NCBI GenBank assembly: GCA_965199955.1
Contig: CBDATQ010000002.1
Span: 1,088,001-1,152,000, forward strand
Direction of reading: 5' to 3'
Source: Spirochaetia bacterium
Lineage (GTDB): Bacteria > Spirochaetota > Spirochaetia > SZUA-6 > Bin103
DNA: 64,000 bases
In this document: positions 8,409 to 18,577 of the stretch, piece after piece
Layout of the letters: the number at the start of each line of letters is the position of its first letter
How positions within the stretch are numbered: the first letter of the stretch is position 1
Notes under the pieces: model-generated
Told to the model about the DNA's origin: nothing
The model's input: only the letters and a program-made list of their open reading frames with translations
The model's database searches: none
Position numbers and translations under genes: made by a program

Positions 8409-9740
8409 GTGGGACCGTCCTTCGTCGCCGCGGCAGTCGCGGCGGGTGCGTTGAGCGTGGCGCCGGCCGTGCTGCCGCTGGCGATCGGGATCATCGCCGG
8501 TGCGGCGGCGGCCGGCGGCATTCTCCGGGCGTGCGGGACGGTGGGGGCGCATCCGCCGCTTCGCGCCTGCGGCGCGGCGGCCCTGTTCGGGGCGATGCTG
8601 GCGGCAAACGGGGTCGTGAGGATGCGGATGGAGGAACGGTCGGCCTACGTCGGGCTCGCCGCCTCCGGGCCGCTGGTGGTGCACGGCGCGGTGGTGGACG
8701 ACAGCCGTCCCCTGGCGCGAGGCGGCACGGCGCTTGCGGTCCAGGTCTCCTCGGTCTCCCGTCCGGACGGAGTTCTGCGGGCCACGGCGCGCCAGCGAAT
8801 GGAGCTGTTTCTGCGGGAGGCGGAGTCCGTACACCGGGGAGAAGTGCTGTCGGTCGTGCTGGCAGCGCCGCCGGAGCGCTGGCGCGGGCGGCTGGTCGGG
8901 CGGCCGTCGCACCTGGAGCGACACGGGTTTCGATCGCGTTTCTGGCGTCTGCGGGCGTCGCTCCGCGAGCGGGTCGTGGCGGCGCTCGCGCGGGCCGGTC
9001 CGGCCGCCGGGCTGGCCACGGCGGTGCTGGTCGGCGACCGGCGGTACCTTGACCAGGCCGTGATCGACCGGTTCAGGCGGGCCGGTGCGTCTCACCTGCT
9101 GGCGTTGTCCGGCCTCCACGTGGGCATCGTCTACGGCTGCGTGCTCATGCTCATGCGGCTGGCGCCGCGGCGCGCCGGGCCGCCGGTGGCCGCAGCGGTC
9201 GCCGCGGCGTATGCGCTGATCGCGACCGGCGGCCCGGCGCTGGCCCGCGCGGCGATGATGGCCTCGGTCGGATCGCTGCTGGCGGTGACCGACCGCGAAC
9301 GGCGTCCCGTGCCGATCATCGCGCTGGCCGCGCTCATGCTGCTGGCAGTCGAGCCCGGCGCCGCCGCGCAGCTCTCGTTCCAGCTCTCGTTTCTGGCTCT
9401 GCTGGGCGTGCTGGCCGGTGCCCGGATCGCCGCCCGCCTGCCGCCGGGGCCGGTCCGCTGGATCGGCGGGGCCGTGCTCTGCTCGGTCGGTGCCCAGGTC
9501 GCCACGGCGCCGCTCGTTCTGACGACGTTCGGCGTTCTGTACCCGGGGTCGGTACTGCTCGCGCCCCTGCTGATGCCCGCCGTGACGGTCTTCCTGGTGG
9601 CCGCGCTCGGCATGGGCGTCGCCGGTCAGCTCACGGTGTCGTTTCCGTCCGAGGCCGCTGGCGCGCTCCTCAATCTGGCGTTTATCATCCTCGACACGGG
9701 GGTTTCGCTCAGCGCCGCCGTCCCCGGGATCTCCCTATGA
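8409..9740 (+). CDS. comEC: ComEC/Rec2 competence membrane protein (no beta-lactamase domain)
   Basis: GASHLLALSGLHVG, RAAMM, SFQLSFLA, multiple hydrophobic segments. Confidence 0.9.
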   Translation: MGPSFVAAAVAAGALSVAPAVLPLAIGIIAGAAAAGGILRACGTVGAHPPLRACGAAALFGAMLAANGVVRMRMEERSAYVGLAASGPLVVHGAVVDDSRPLARGGTALAVQVSSVSRPDGVLRATARQRMELFLREAESVHRGEVLSVVLAAPPERWRGRLVGRPSHLERHGFRSRFWRLRASLRERVVAALARAGPAAGLATAVLVGDRRYLDQAVIDRFRRAGASHLLALSGLHVGIVYGCVLMLMRLAPRRAGPPVAAAVAAAYALIATGGPALARAAMMASVGSLLAVTDRERRPVPIIALAALMLLAVEPGAAAQLSFQLSFLALLGVLAGARIAARLPPGPVRWIGGAVLCSVGAQVATAPLVLTTFGVLYPGSVLLAPLLMPAVTVFLVAALGMGVAGQLTVSFPSEAAGALLNLAFIILDTGVSLSAAVPGISL

Positions 9741-9750
9741 ACGACGCCCC

Positions 9751-10620
9751 GTGAATCACGACTCGCCCACCGATATCAGGCAGGCGATGGAAGCCGCCGG
9801 CATCGCCCTGAAGAAGCGTTGGGGGCAGAACTTCATGATCAACCGCGGGGCGCGGCGCAAGATCGTGGAGCTCCTCGACGCCCAGCCCGACGAGTTGATC
9901 TGGGAGATCGGAGCGGGCTTGGGCGCCTTGACCGAGATGATCGCGCCGCTGGCCGCTGCCATCGTGGCGTTCGAGAGCGACCATGGCCTGGTGCGGCACC
10001 TCGAGTCCGGGTTCTCGGGATCGAGCGTGCGGGTCGTGGCCGGAGATTTCCTCGAGACCCGCGAACATGCCGTCGCGGCACACGGCGCGCCGCGCCGGGT
10101 TGTCGGCAACCTTCCGTACAGCAGCGGGGCTGCCATCGTGGCCGCGCTGGTGGAGCATGGGCCACAGGTCGGCCGCATGGTGTTCACGCTGCAGAAAGAG
10201 GTGGTCGACCGGATGTGCGCGCCGGCGGGGTCGCGCACCTACTCGTCGTTCTCCGCCATCTGCCAGGCGTTCTACACCGTCGCCAATCGGGGTGCGCTGC
10301 AGCCCGGGTCGTTCTTTCCGGCGCCGGAGGTACAGTCCGGCGTGGTGACCATGGACGTGCGCGCGGACGCCGATCGAGTCCGGGACCCGGCCGTGTTCTT
10401 TGCGTTGGTCCGTTCGGCGTTTGCGGCCCGACGCAAGACGCTGCGCAACAATCTCTTGCGGGAATCACCGTTCCCGCTGAGCAAGCGCGACCTGTTGGCG
10501 GTCGTGCATCACATGGGCGTGGAAGCGGGCGTTCGTGCGGAGACGCTCGGCGCGGACGAGTTGGTCGCGGTCAGCAACCAGATCTCGGTGCTGGTCGAGC
10601 GCCGATCGAGCGAATCGTGA
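9751..10620 (+). CDS. rsmA: 16S rRNA adenine dimethyltransferase
   Basis: KKRWGQNF, EIGAGLGALT, GNLPY, QKEV, F.P.P.V.S, F..RRKTLRNNL. Confidence 0.95.
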   Translation: MNHDSPTDIRQAMEAAGIALKKRWGQNFMINRGARRKIVELLDAQPDELIWEIGAGLGALTEMIAPLAAAIVAFESDHGLVRHLESGFSGSSVRVVAGDFLETREHAVAAHGAPRRVVGNLPYSSGAAIVAALVEHGPQVGRMVFTLQKEVVDRMCAPAGSRTYSSFSAICQAFYTVANRGALQPGSFFPAPEVQSGVVTMDVRADADRVRDPAVFFALVRSAFAARRKTLRNNLLRESPFPLSKRDLLAVVHHMGVEAGVRAETLGADELVAVSNQISVLVERRSSES

Positions 10621-11360
10621 ACGGCCTGGAGCTCGGCATCTACGGCCTCGGCAGGTTCGGGACCTTCTGGGCGGAACGCCTGGCGGACCATGCGGAGGTG
10701 AAGGCGTACTCCCGGCGCAGCCGTTCCGCCCCGGCCGGCGTCGAGCTGGTCTCCGAGGAGCGGCTGCTGGAGTGCCCGGTGTTGATCCTGTGCGTCGCGA
10801 TCTCGGCGATAGAGCAGGTGCTCGGCCGGATCCGTGACCGGTTGCCGGCGGGCGTGACGGTCATGGACACCTGCTCGGTAAAGGTCCACCCGAGCCGGCT
10901 GATGGCCGAGCTGTTGCCGGACGACGCGCGGATCCTCGGCACGCATCCCATGTTCGGCCCGGATTCGGGCCGTGAAACGATCGCCGGCCTGCCGATGGTG
11001 CTCTGTCCGGTCCGCATCGACCGGGAACCTCTGGCCCGGTGGGAGCACTTCTTCGCCGGGCTCGAGCTGCACGTGGTCGTGATGGACGCGGACGCGCACG
11101 ATCGGGAGGCGGCGTTCACGCAGGGTGTCACCCACTACGTCGGGCGCGTTCTCGCCGAGATGCGTCTGCGCGAGTCCGGCATCGCGCCGCTTGGCTACCA
11201 GCGGCTGCTGTCCATCGTGGAGCAGACCTGCAACGATCCGTGGCAGCTCTTCGCCGATCTGCAGCGGTTCAATCGTCACACCGTGGAGATGCGCGCCCGG
11301 CTGGAGGAGGCGTTTCTCAACATCGCCAGGCGGCTGGACGACCCGTCGGATGACCGGTAG
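10617..11360 (+). CDS. tyrA: Prephenate/arogenate dehydrogenase (TyrA family)
   Basis: GLGRFG, DTCSVK, THPMFGP, HD..AA..QG.TH. The GTG start overlaps the rsmA stop. Confidence 0.85.
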   Translation: MNGLELGIYGLGRFGTFWAERLADHAEVKAYSRRSRSAPAGVELVSEERLLECPVLILCVAISAIEQVLGRIRDRLPAGVTVMDTCSVKVHPSRLMAELLPDDARILGTHPMFGPDSGRETIAGLPMVLCPVRIDREPLARWEHFFAGLELHVVVMDADAHDREAAFTQGVTHYVGRVLAEMRLRESGIAPLGYQRLLSIVEQTCNDPWQLFADLQRFNRHTVEMRARLEEAFLNIARRLDDPSDDR

Positions 11361-11467
11361 CCGCGCATACCCGGCCGTCGAGGCGGCGAGCGCCGTACCC
11401 ATCGGGAGCGCAGGCCGCCCTTGTCGCGGACCGGGCAACGCGCCAGACTGACCGGGTGGCAAGCGCT

Positions 11468-11866
11468 ATGTCGGCCCGGCACCTCGCCGAATTCGACGAG
11501 AGCACGATCGACACGATTCTCGGCGAGGACGTGCAGTTCACCGGGGAGCTGAGCTTCGAACGGGCGCTGATCGTCAAGGGCGACCTGAACGGCAAGATCA
11601 CGGTCTCCGGCACGCTGTACGTCGACGAGCACGCCACGGTGGCGGCACGCGTGGAGGTGGAGCGGCTTCGCTGCAAGGGCAGGATCGAGGGCGACGTGAT
11701 CGCCCGCCGCGGCGTCGAGCTGTACTCGACCGCGGACGTCACGGGCGACGTGGCTACCCCCGAGCTGGTGATGGAGGGCGGCAGCAGGCTCAACGGCCGC
11801 TGCGTGATGGGTGGCGATCCGGGATCGGGCGCCGGAGATGCCGCGCGTCCGGCGGAGGCCACGTAG
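11468..11866 (+). CDS. Bactofilin (polymer-forming cytoskeletal protein)
   Basis: DTILGEDVQFTGEL, G...G.I/V beta-helix repeats, L.MEGG..LNGRC.M. Confidence 0.9.
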   Translation: MSARHLAEFDESTIDTILGEDVQFTGELSFERALIVKGDLNGKITVSGTLYVDEHATVAARVEVERLRCKGRIEGDVIARRGVELYSTADVTGDVATPELVMEGGSRLNGRCVMGGDPGSGAGDAARPAEAT

Positions 11867-11993
11867 TACCTCATCAAACTGATGTCGACGGGTGACAATA
11901 GGTGGCGACACGGGCTTCAAGCGCGCTGGAACAGCGCGCACGAGATCGAGTCCCGTGGCACGCACCCCCAAGCTACAATTTGATGGGGTACTA
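11864..11993 (+). ncRNA. Candidate rod-shaped structured RNA, 6S RNA-like
   Basis: Nested pairings: 15-bp closing stem 11864-11878 with 11979-11993 (one G-U pair on the + strand), GGGTG/CACCC, CACGGG/CCCGTG, and apical hairpin GCGCGCTG-GAA-CAGCGCGC. Confidence 0.45.
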
Positions 11994-12045
11994 TCAGGCG
12001 AGAAGGCGTTGACCATGGCCGCTGCCACTGGTCATATGTTGTGTG

Positions 12046-12118
12046 GGGCCGCTAGCTCAGGTGGTAGAGCAACAGCCTTTTAAGCTGTGGGTCGACGGTT
12101 CGAATCCGTCGCGGCTCA
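12046..12118 (+). tRNA. tRNA-Lys(UUU)
   Basis: Cloverleaf: acceptor GGGCCGC/GCGGCTC, D arm GCTC/GAGC, anticodon arm ACAGC-CTTTTAA-GCTGT, T arm GACGG-TTCGAAT-CCGTC. CCA is not encoded. Confidence 0.97.
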
Positions 12119-12305
12119 TCCCTCCCTTCGACCGATGTAGAGCAGATGGATGGACGAAGCGACCATGCTCGGCTCGCCACTGACCTAGAACAGCAGATCG
12201 AGCCAGAGATCTCGCTGCGTCCCGGTGAGCGCGTTGTACGCTTCGTCGTACGCCGCGACGACTGGTTCGACGCCGGCAATTCGAACAGTTCGGAATCCGG
12301 CGGCC

Positions 12306-12650
12306 TCATGCATGCCGATCCCGGCGATCGAAGGCAGACTGCAACTGCGCCGCCGCGTCCAGCGTCAGCGAGCCGTCGCGCAGCCGCTCACCGGTGCCTG
12401 CCATCTGCGCGCACAGCTTCATGGCGCCGATCCGCCGATACGTGGCGCCGTCGCCGTAGCCGAACCCGCGCTTGACGTAGTCGAACAGGCTGGAGAAGCC
12501 GCGGCGCAGGTACAGCGCGCGCGCCTCGATCTCCAGCAGGTGGTCGATGAGGAAGACCTGGAGCTGACGATCGAGCTGCACCAACCTGTCGGTCTGCGCC
12601 AGAAGCTGGTCGTCGGAGAGGCCGGAAACGGACCAGACGATCTCATGAAA
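12306..12650 (-). pseudogene. Truncated N-terminal domain of a DUF222-like/HNH endonuclease-associated protein
   Basis: LSDDQLL...HLLEIEARALYLRRGFSSLFDY...GYGDGATYRRI.A...LRDGSLTL, stopping after about 110 aa with no HNH domain. Confidence 0.65.
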
Positions 12651-12775
12651 CCCCTCCAGAGTGAGGCGCTCGCGGAGAAGTCCGGATCGCGCGAGGTCAT
12701 CCGTGTCGACTGCGCTGAGGCCGCGGTTCGCTGGAAGCGCAGGTCGTGTCCGCCTGTCCTGCAGTGGGGCAACCC

Positions 12776-13018
12776 GTGAGCGAAGGCTTCGAGACCTATT
12801 GCGGCCTCCTGCGACTGTATGACGGGTTCGCCGCAGAGGAAGATGGCTCCGTCCCGGAATTCGAGTATGACCACGCTCACCCCGGACTCCGCGAGCTTCG
12901 CGATCGCTACCGGCTCGACGACGTCGCCGCCGACGCTGACAAGATGACGCGCAGTATGCGGCTGCTGGCCTGGCTGCATCGCCACGTGCGGCACGCCGAC
13001 ACGCCCGACCGGTTAGCG
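12776..13018 (+). pseudogene. N-terminal fragment of a transglutaminase-like protein
   Basis: FEY....LRELRDRYRLDDVA......LLAWLHRHVRH. Similarity ends where the frame runs antisense into the SDR gene, and no catalytic Cys region follows. Confidence 0.45.
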
Positions 13019-13855
13019 CTACACCGTCGTGTCGGTCAGATAGGAGTAGGCTCGCAGCGGAGCCACCGCCAGCAGGCCGCCGTCGACCGGTATCGTCACG
13101 CCGGATATCCAGCGCGACTCGTCGCTGGACAGGAACACGGCCAGCCACGCCACGTCCCAAGGCGTGCCTTCGGTGCCCAGGGGCGATGCGTTCTTGCGGA
13201 GTTCCCGCGCCCCCGGCCTCATCAGCCGGGTGGGGAAAGCGCCGTGTACGTGACCCGGCGCGATGCAGTTTGCGCGAATGCCCTGGCGTCCGTGATTGGA
13301 TGCCGTGGTCTTGGTCAGCATGTGCAGTGCACCCTTGGTGAGGGAGTAGGGCACGGTCTGCGAGTAGGGCGCGGCGATGCCGTCGATGGACGAGACGTAG
13401 ATGATCGACCCGCCCCCGGATCGCTCCATCGCGGGAACCGCGTACCTGGTGGCGAGCGCCGGTCCCTTGAGGTTCACCGCCACGTTGCGGTCGAAGTTCT
13501 CGTCCTCGAAGGTCACCACGGTACCCTTGCCGACTACGGCCGCGTTGTTGAACAGCACGTGCAGCGCGCCGAACCGCTCCATGGCCACGGCGACCATCGC
13601 CTGACACGCGGCCGCATCGCTGACGTCGGCCGCTACCACCGTTGCCTCGCCGCCTTCGGCGATGATGTCACAGCAGGTGCGCTCTGCATTCTCGGCGGAC
13701 ACGTCGGCCACCACCACCCTGGCGCCGGCCCGGGCGAACAGCAGGGCGGTGGCGCGCCCGATGCCGAGCTCCTCCGTGTCGCTGCGGGTGCCGCCGCCGG
13801 CGACGATCGCGACCTTGCCGGTCAGTCGGCCGGATGGTCCGGTGTCGTCCTTCAT
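13019..13855 (-). CDS. Short-chain dehydrogenase/reductase (SDR)
   Basis: GKVAIVAGG...GIG, FNNAA, YSLTK, NCIAPG, VDGG. Confidence 0.92.
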   Translation of the reverse strand: MKDDTGPSGRLTGKVAIVAGGGTRSDTEELGIGRATALLFARAGARVVVADVSAENAERTCCDIIAEGGEATVVAADVSDAAACQAMVAVAMERFGALHVLFNNAAVVGKGTVVTFEDENFDRNVAVNLKGPALATRYAVPAMERSGGGSIIYVSSIDGIAAPYSQTVPYSLTKGALHMLTKTTASNHGRQGIRANCIAPGHVHGAFPTRLMRPGARELRKNASPLGTEGTPWDVAWLAVFLSSDESRWISGVTIPVDGGLLAVAPLRAYSYLTDTTV

Positions 13856-14030
13856 GGCGCCTGGGTTTCCCGGGCTGCCGCGATGGCCTGCAGCGTCGGG
13901 TCGAGCGTGACGAGGTTGTCGCGTCCGCTGTGCTCGGGCTCGCGGTCCTCCTCGATCGGGGGGTGGAACCACGAGTGTACGCCCGTCTTCGGGTGATTGA
14001 GCTGCCACAGCAGTTTTCCCGCGTCGAAAC
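13852..14030 (-). pseudogene. 3' remnant of an unknown gene
   Basis: Coding-like tail LLWQLNHPKTGVHSWFHPPIEEDREPEHSGRDNLVTLDP...ETQAP*. Its stop overlaps the SDR start (ATGA), but no credible 5' part exists. Confidence 0.4.
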
Positions 14031-14147
14031 AGGTTGTAGCCGACCCTTTGGCGACCAGCGGCGATTCCACGGACCCAACGCTATTCCGCCGCCTCGTGCG
14101 GGACAAGGTCGGCGTTCGGGGGCGTCGTCTCCGCCGGCTGTCCGGAG

Positions 14148-15655
14148 CTAAGGCGCCCGGTTGTGGCGCGGGATCCAGTGAGTGGCCGCCGGCGCTGGCT
14201 CCTGTCGGGAGCCCTTGGCGTGGTCGCACGCGCAGAGCACCTCCTCGAACAGCATCGCCTCCAGCTCGCGCCTGATCGGTGCGAACGCGGCGTCACCGTA
14301 TCGGTTGTGGGTCTCCTCCGGGTCGGCGTTGCGATCGTACAGCTCGCCGTCCGCGCCGCCGGCGTAGGCGGTCAGGCGCCAGTCCGCGGTGGTCAGGGTG
14401 CGCATCCGCACCGGCAAGCGGTCGTCGTCGTTCTCGGTGAGGGCGGCGCTCCGCGTGTAGGCACCCGTGCCGCGGAGGGCACCCGCGCACGAGATGCCCT
14501 GCACTCCCTCCGGCTCGGGGATGCCGGCAAGGTCCAGCAGGGTCGGCGCGACGTCGAGCGTGGAGGCCGGCGGGGCGATGAGCCGCCCGGCGTCGATCCC
14601 CGGCCCACTGATCAGCAGCGGGACGCGCAGCGCCGAGTCGAAGGGCATGCCCTTGCCCACGAAACCGTGGTCGCCCAGGTAGTCGCCGTGGTCGGCGACG
14701 AAGCAGACGATCGTCGACTCGGCGAGCCCGCTCGCCTCGAGCTGATCGAGGATGCGCCCCACGTGGTGGTCCAGGCACGCCGTCATGCTGTAGTACACGG
14801 CGCGGCACGCCCGCCAGGTCGCATCGTCGACCCGCGAGTAGTCCAGCGGCGGCGTGCCCGTGATGCGGTTTAATTCGGTCCCTTCGGCGCGGTAGATCGG
14901 GTCGTACCACGACGGCATGTCGGTGCCGCCGTGCGGGATCGGCGCCGGAACGGCGGCCCGCTCGTAGGCCGTATCCCACGGCTCCGGCACCGTGAAGGGG
15001 TGGTGCGGATCGGGGAAGCTGACGTGCGCGAAGAACGGCGCCTCGTCGTGCCGGGCGGCCTTCAGCATCTCGATGGCGCGGTCCGCGATGTACTGCGACG
15101 AGTGCAGCTCGGCGGGCAGGCGGAACCGGTACGGGCCAAGGCCCGGCGAGAGCTGCCGGCCGTGCGTCCGCCGGTTTCGCCGACCAGCGGTCAACGCGAC
15201 GCCGAGATCGGCCGCGCGGGCCGCATAGTCGGGGCCGAAACAGAGGTCGCCGTGGCCGTTGACCAGGTCCACCTCCGCGAGCCGAAGTACCCGTCGCCCG
15301 CCTCCTCCTCCATGGCCGCGGCCACCTCCTCAGGCTCGGCGCCTTGCGGCCGCAAGTGGATCTTGCCGATCGACACGCTCCGGTATCCGGCGGCTTGCAG
15401 CACGTGTCCCAGGAAGCGCGGATCGTCCGGCGTGTGACAGCCCACCATTCGAGACTTCAGCACGGAAGGAAAGCAGCCGCTGAGCAGGGAGGCTCGACTG
15501 GGCGTGCAGGTGGGCTGGGTGACCACGCAGTCGGAGAACCGCGTGCCGGCAGCCGCCAGCCGATCGAGATGCGGCGTCGCGCAGATCGGGTTGCCGTAGC
15601 AGGACAGCGCGTCGGCGCGCAGCTCGTCGGCGACGATGAGCAGGATGTTGGGCAT
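14148..15655 (-). pseudogene. Sulfatase (Cys-type) split by a 1-nt frameshift near 15280
   Basis: PNILLIVADELR, CTPSR, GKIH in the first frame; PDPHHP, DHG.YLGDHG..GK, RVPL, ELYD..DP.E..N in the second. Restoring one T gives YFGFAEVDL. Confidence 0.8.
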
Positions 15656-15696
15656 ACTTGACAGGCAAGCCTGCCAAGGGTCCCGATCACATCGCA

Positions 15697-17367
15697 ATGC
15701 CCACGATGACCGGCGCCCGCTTCGTCGCCGAGACCGTCCACGGCTACGGCCTCACGCACGTCTTCTACATGCCCTACATCATGCCCCCTGCCATCCTTGA
15801 GATGGGCAAGCTGGGCGTGACCGCCATCCAGCCCCACGGCGAGAAGGCGGCAGCCTACATGGCCGACGGCTACGCGCGCGTCCGCCGCGGCCCGTCGCTG
15901 GCGATGGCCCAGTCGGTCGGCGCCGCCAACCTGGCGGCCGGCCTGCAGGACGCGTACCTGGCCTGCTCGCCGGTCGTCGCGCTGACCGGCCGCGAGCGCC
16001 AGTTCCACCAGCAGCGCCACTCGTATCAGGAGGTCGACCACGTTACGCCGTTCGCCGCCGTCACCAAGTACAGCGCCTGCGTGCATGCGGCCGACATGTT
16101 GCCGGTGTACCTGCGCCAGGCGTTCCGCAGCGCGGTGAGCGGCACGCCCGGGCCGACGCATCTCGACCTGGAGCAGATCAGCGGGCTGGTGATCGCCGAA
16201 GGCCAGCTCGATGCCGAGGTGATCGTGGAGCGGCAGTTCACCCGCGTGCCGCCGTTCCGGCCGGTGGCCGACCCGGCGGCGATCGCCGAGGCGCTCCGAG
16301 TGCTGAACGGCGCCGCCCGGCCGGTGATCGTTGCCGGCGGCGGCGTGACCGCCTCCGGCGCACGCGACGAGCTGATCGCATTGGCCGAGAAGCTGTCGAT
16401 TCCGGTGGCGACGGCGCTCAACGCAAAGGCGATGTTCCCGGCCGACCACCCGCTGGCGGTGGGGACGCCGGGCAACTACTCGCGCGAGTGCGCCAACCGC
16501 ATCCTGTGCCGGGCCGACCTGGTGTTCTTCATCGGCAGCCACACCGGCGGGCAGCTCACGCTGGACTTCCGCGTTCCGCCGCAGGGCACGCCGGTCATCC
16601 AGCTCGACATCGATCCGGCCGAGATCGGCCGCAACTACCCGGTGCAGGTGGGGCTGCAGGGCGACGCAAGGGCTTCGCTGGCGGCGATGCTGGACGCGGC
16701 GCAGCCGGGACCGGACCGCGGCCCCTGGCTGGACGAGGTGCGCACGCTCGTCCGCGACTGGAAGGAGAGCGTCGAGGAGCACTGGGGCTCGGACGTCGCA
16801 CCGGCCAGGCCCGAGCGCATCTGCCGCGAGTTGAGCAGGCACCTGCCGGCCGACGCCATCCTGGTCTCCGACACCGGCCACTCGGGCGTGTGGACCGGCA
16901 CCATGCTGGACTTCAAGCACCCCACCCAGAGCTACATCCGCTGTGCGGGCTCCCTGGGGTGGGGGCTGCCGGCGGCGCTGGGCGCCAAGTGCGCGGCCCC
17001 CGAGCGGCCGGTGCTGTGCTTCACCGGCGACGGCGGCATCTGGTACCACATCGCCGAGATCGAGACGGCGGTCAAGGAGCATCTGAACGTCGTCATCCTG
17101 GTGAACAACAATCACTCGCTGAACCAGGAGAAGCACGGCGTCGAGAGCTACGAGGGCCGCTCGCCGGCCGCCGACAAACAGTGGCTGTTCCCGGATGCCG
17201 ACTTCGCCGCCATCGCCGATTCGATGGGCGCGATGGGGCTGACGGTCCGCAGGCCGGGCGACCTGCAGGGCGCCCTCGCCAAGGCGTTCGCGGCCAACCG
17301 CCCGGTGGTCATGGACGTCAAGAGTCACGTCGACGGCATCGCCCCGAAGGCCTGGCTGCCCGAATAG
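15697..17367 (+). CDS. Thiamine-diphosphate-dependent enzyme (acetolactate synthase large-subunit-like)
   Basis: HGEKAAAYMADGYAR, RPVIVAGGG, GSLGWGLPAALGA, GDGG...NN ThDP motif. Confidence 0.9.
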   Translation: MPTMTGARFVAETVHGYGLTHVFYMPYIMPPAILEMGKLGVTAIQPHGEKAAAYMADGYARVRRGPSLAMAQSVGAANLAAGLQDAYLACSPVVALTGRERQFHQQRHSYQEVDHVTPFAAVTKYSACVHAADMLPVYLRQAFRSAVSGTPGPTHLDLEQISGLVIAEGQLDAEVIVERQFTRVPPFRPVADPAAIAEALRVLNGAARPVIVAGGGVTASGARDELIALAEKLSIPVATALNAKAMFPADHPLAVGTPGNYSRECANRILCRADLVFFIGSHTGGQLTLDFRVPPQGTPVIQLDIDPAEIGRNYPVQVGLQGDARASLAAMLDAAQPGPDRGPWLDEVRTLVRDWKESVEEHWGSDVAPARPERICRELSRHLPADAILVSDTGHSGVWTGTMLDFKHPTQSYIRCAGSLGWGLPAALGAKCAAPERPVLCFTGDGGIWYHIAEIETAVKEHLNVVILVNNNHSLNQEKHGVESYEGRSPAADKQWLFPDADFAAIADSMGAMGLTVRRPGDLQGALAKAFAANRPVVMDVKSHVDGIAPKAWLPE

Positions 17368-17457
17368 GATCGCGGCGGCGCCGACACGTCGGCGTTCGTG
17401 TCCGGATGTCGGCCGGCGAGGTTGCGCGGCGCGGCCGGCGGGGATAGGTTCCTGGCC

Positions 17458-18552
17458 ATGAAGTCGGCGGTGTTGCACCGGGTCGGTGGCCCCTTCGCGA
17501 TCGACGAGGTGGAGTTGCTGCCGCCCCGCACGGGCGAGGTTCGCGTCAGGCTGAAGGCGGCGGGCCTCTGTCATAGCGACTGGCACTTCGTGCACGGCCT
17601 CCTGGAACGGGAGCTCCCGGTCATACTCGGCCACGAAGGCGCGGGCGTCATCGAGGAGGTAGGTGAGGGCGTCACCACGCTGCGCAGGGGACAGCGCGTG
17701 GCGCTCAACTGGGCGCCCGCCTGCCGGCACTGCTACTACTGCCTGCGGGGCGAGGCCGGCCTGTGCGAGACCTTCTGGGACTGGCGCAACGGCACCATGC
17801 CGGATGGCTCCACCCGCTTTCGCATTGCCGGTGAGCCTGCGCGTCAGTTCAGCGTGCTGTCCACGTTCACGGAGCAGACCATCGCGCCGGTCGAGAGCTG
17901 CGTGCCCCTCGCCGACGACATCTCCTTCGAGGTGGCCGCGCTGGTCGGCTGCTGCGTCACCACCGGCGTCGGCGCCGCGCTCAACACCGTGGACATCCGG
18001 CCCGGAGACAGCGTGGCCGTCTACGGCTGCGGCGGCGTGGGACTCAACGTCGTGCAGGGGGCTCGGCTGAGCAACGCCTGGCCGATCATCGCCGTGGACA
18101 CCGACCCGGCCAAGGAGCCGATCGCCCGGCAGTTCGGCGCCACCCACTTCGTGGCGGCCGGCGAGGACGCGCACGAGAGGGTGAAGGAGCTGACCGGCGG
18201 CCGGGGCGTCGAGTATGCCTTCGAAGCCGTGGGACCGCCCGCGGTGCAGGAGGCTGCGTACCAGGCGATGCGCCGCGGCGGCGCGCTGGTGATCGTCGGC
18301 GTGGCGCCGGACGGGAGCACGACCTCATTCCCCGGCCTCGACCTGCACGTCAACCAGCGCCGCATCCTCGGCTCCTTCTTCGGATCCACCGATCCGAGCC
18401 GCGAGTTCGGCCGCCTGCACGGCCTCTACCGCAACGGCCGGCTGCTCGTGGACGAGCTTATCTCCAGGCGCTATTCCCTCGACCGGATCAACGAGGGGTA
18501 CGCCGACATGCTCGCCGGCGGCCACAAGCGCGGCGTGCTTGTCTTCGACTGA
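17458..18552 (+). CDS. Zn-dependent alcohol dehydrogenase
   Basis: CHSD, GHEGAG, C..C..C.......C structural Zn site, GCGGVG. Confidence 0.93.
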   Translation: MKSAVLHRVGGPFAIDEVELLPPRTGEVRVRLKAAGLCHSDWHFVHGLLERELPVILGHEGAGVIEEVGEGVTTLRRGQRVALNWAPACRHCYYCLRGEAGLCETFWDWRNGTMPDGSTRFRIAGEPARQFSVLSTFTEQTIAPVESCVPLADDISFEVAALVGCCVTTGVGAALNTVDIRPGDSVAVYGCGGVGLNVVQGARLSNAWPIIAVDTDPAKEPIARQFGATHFVAAGEDAHERVKELTGGRGVEYAFEAVGPPAVQEAAYQAMRRGGALVIVGVAPDGSTTSFPGLDLHVNQRRILGSFFGSTDPSREFGRLHGLYRNGRLLVDELISRRYSLDRINEGYADMLAGGHKRGVLVFD

Positions 18553-18577
18553 GCCGCACACTTCCCCGGGGGACTCC

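Noticed and set aside
11890..11970. Possible tRNA-Sec or tRNA-Leu (CTTCAAG loop, long arm)
   Set aside because: The anticodon stem does not pair and there is no TTCGA T-loop. The region folds better as a rod.
15270..15290. Programmed ribosomal frameshift in the sulfatase
   Set aside because: No slippery sequence is present at the junction. A simple 1-nt deletion explains it.
15457..18174. Long antisense and alternate-frame ORFs (e.g. 905 aa here; also 20451..22391, 24792..26888, 42096..44297, 51146..53359)
   Set aside because: These are shadow ORFs expected at very high GC. They lie opposite well-supported genes and show no recognisable motifs.
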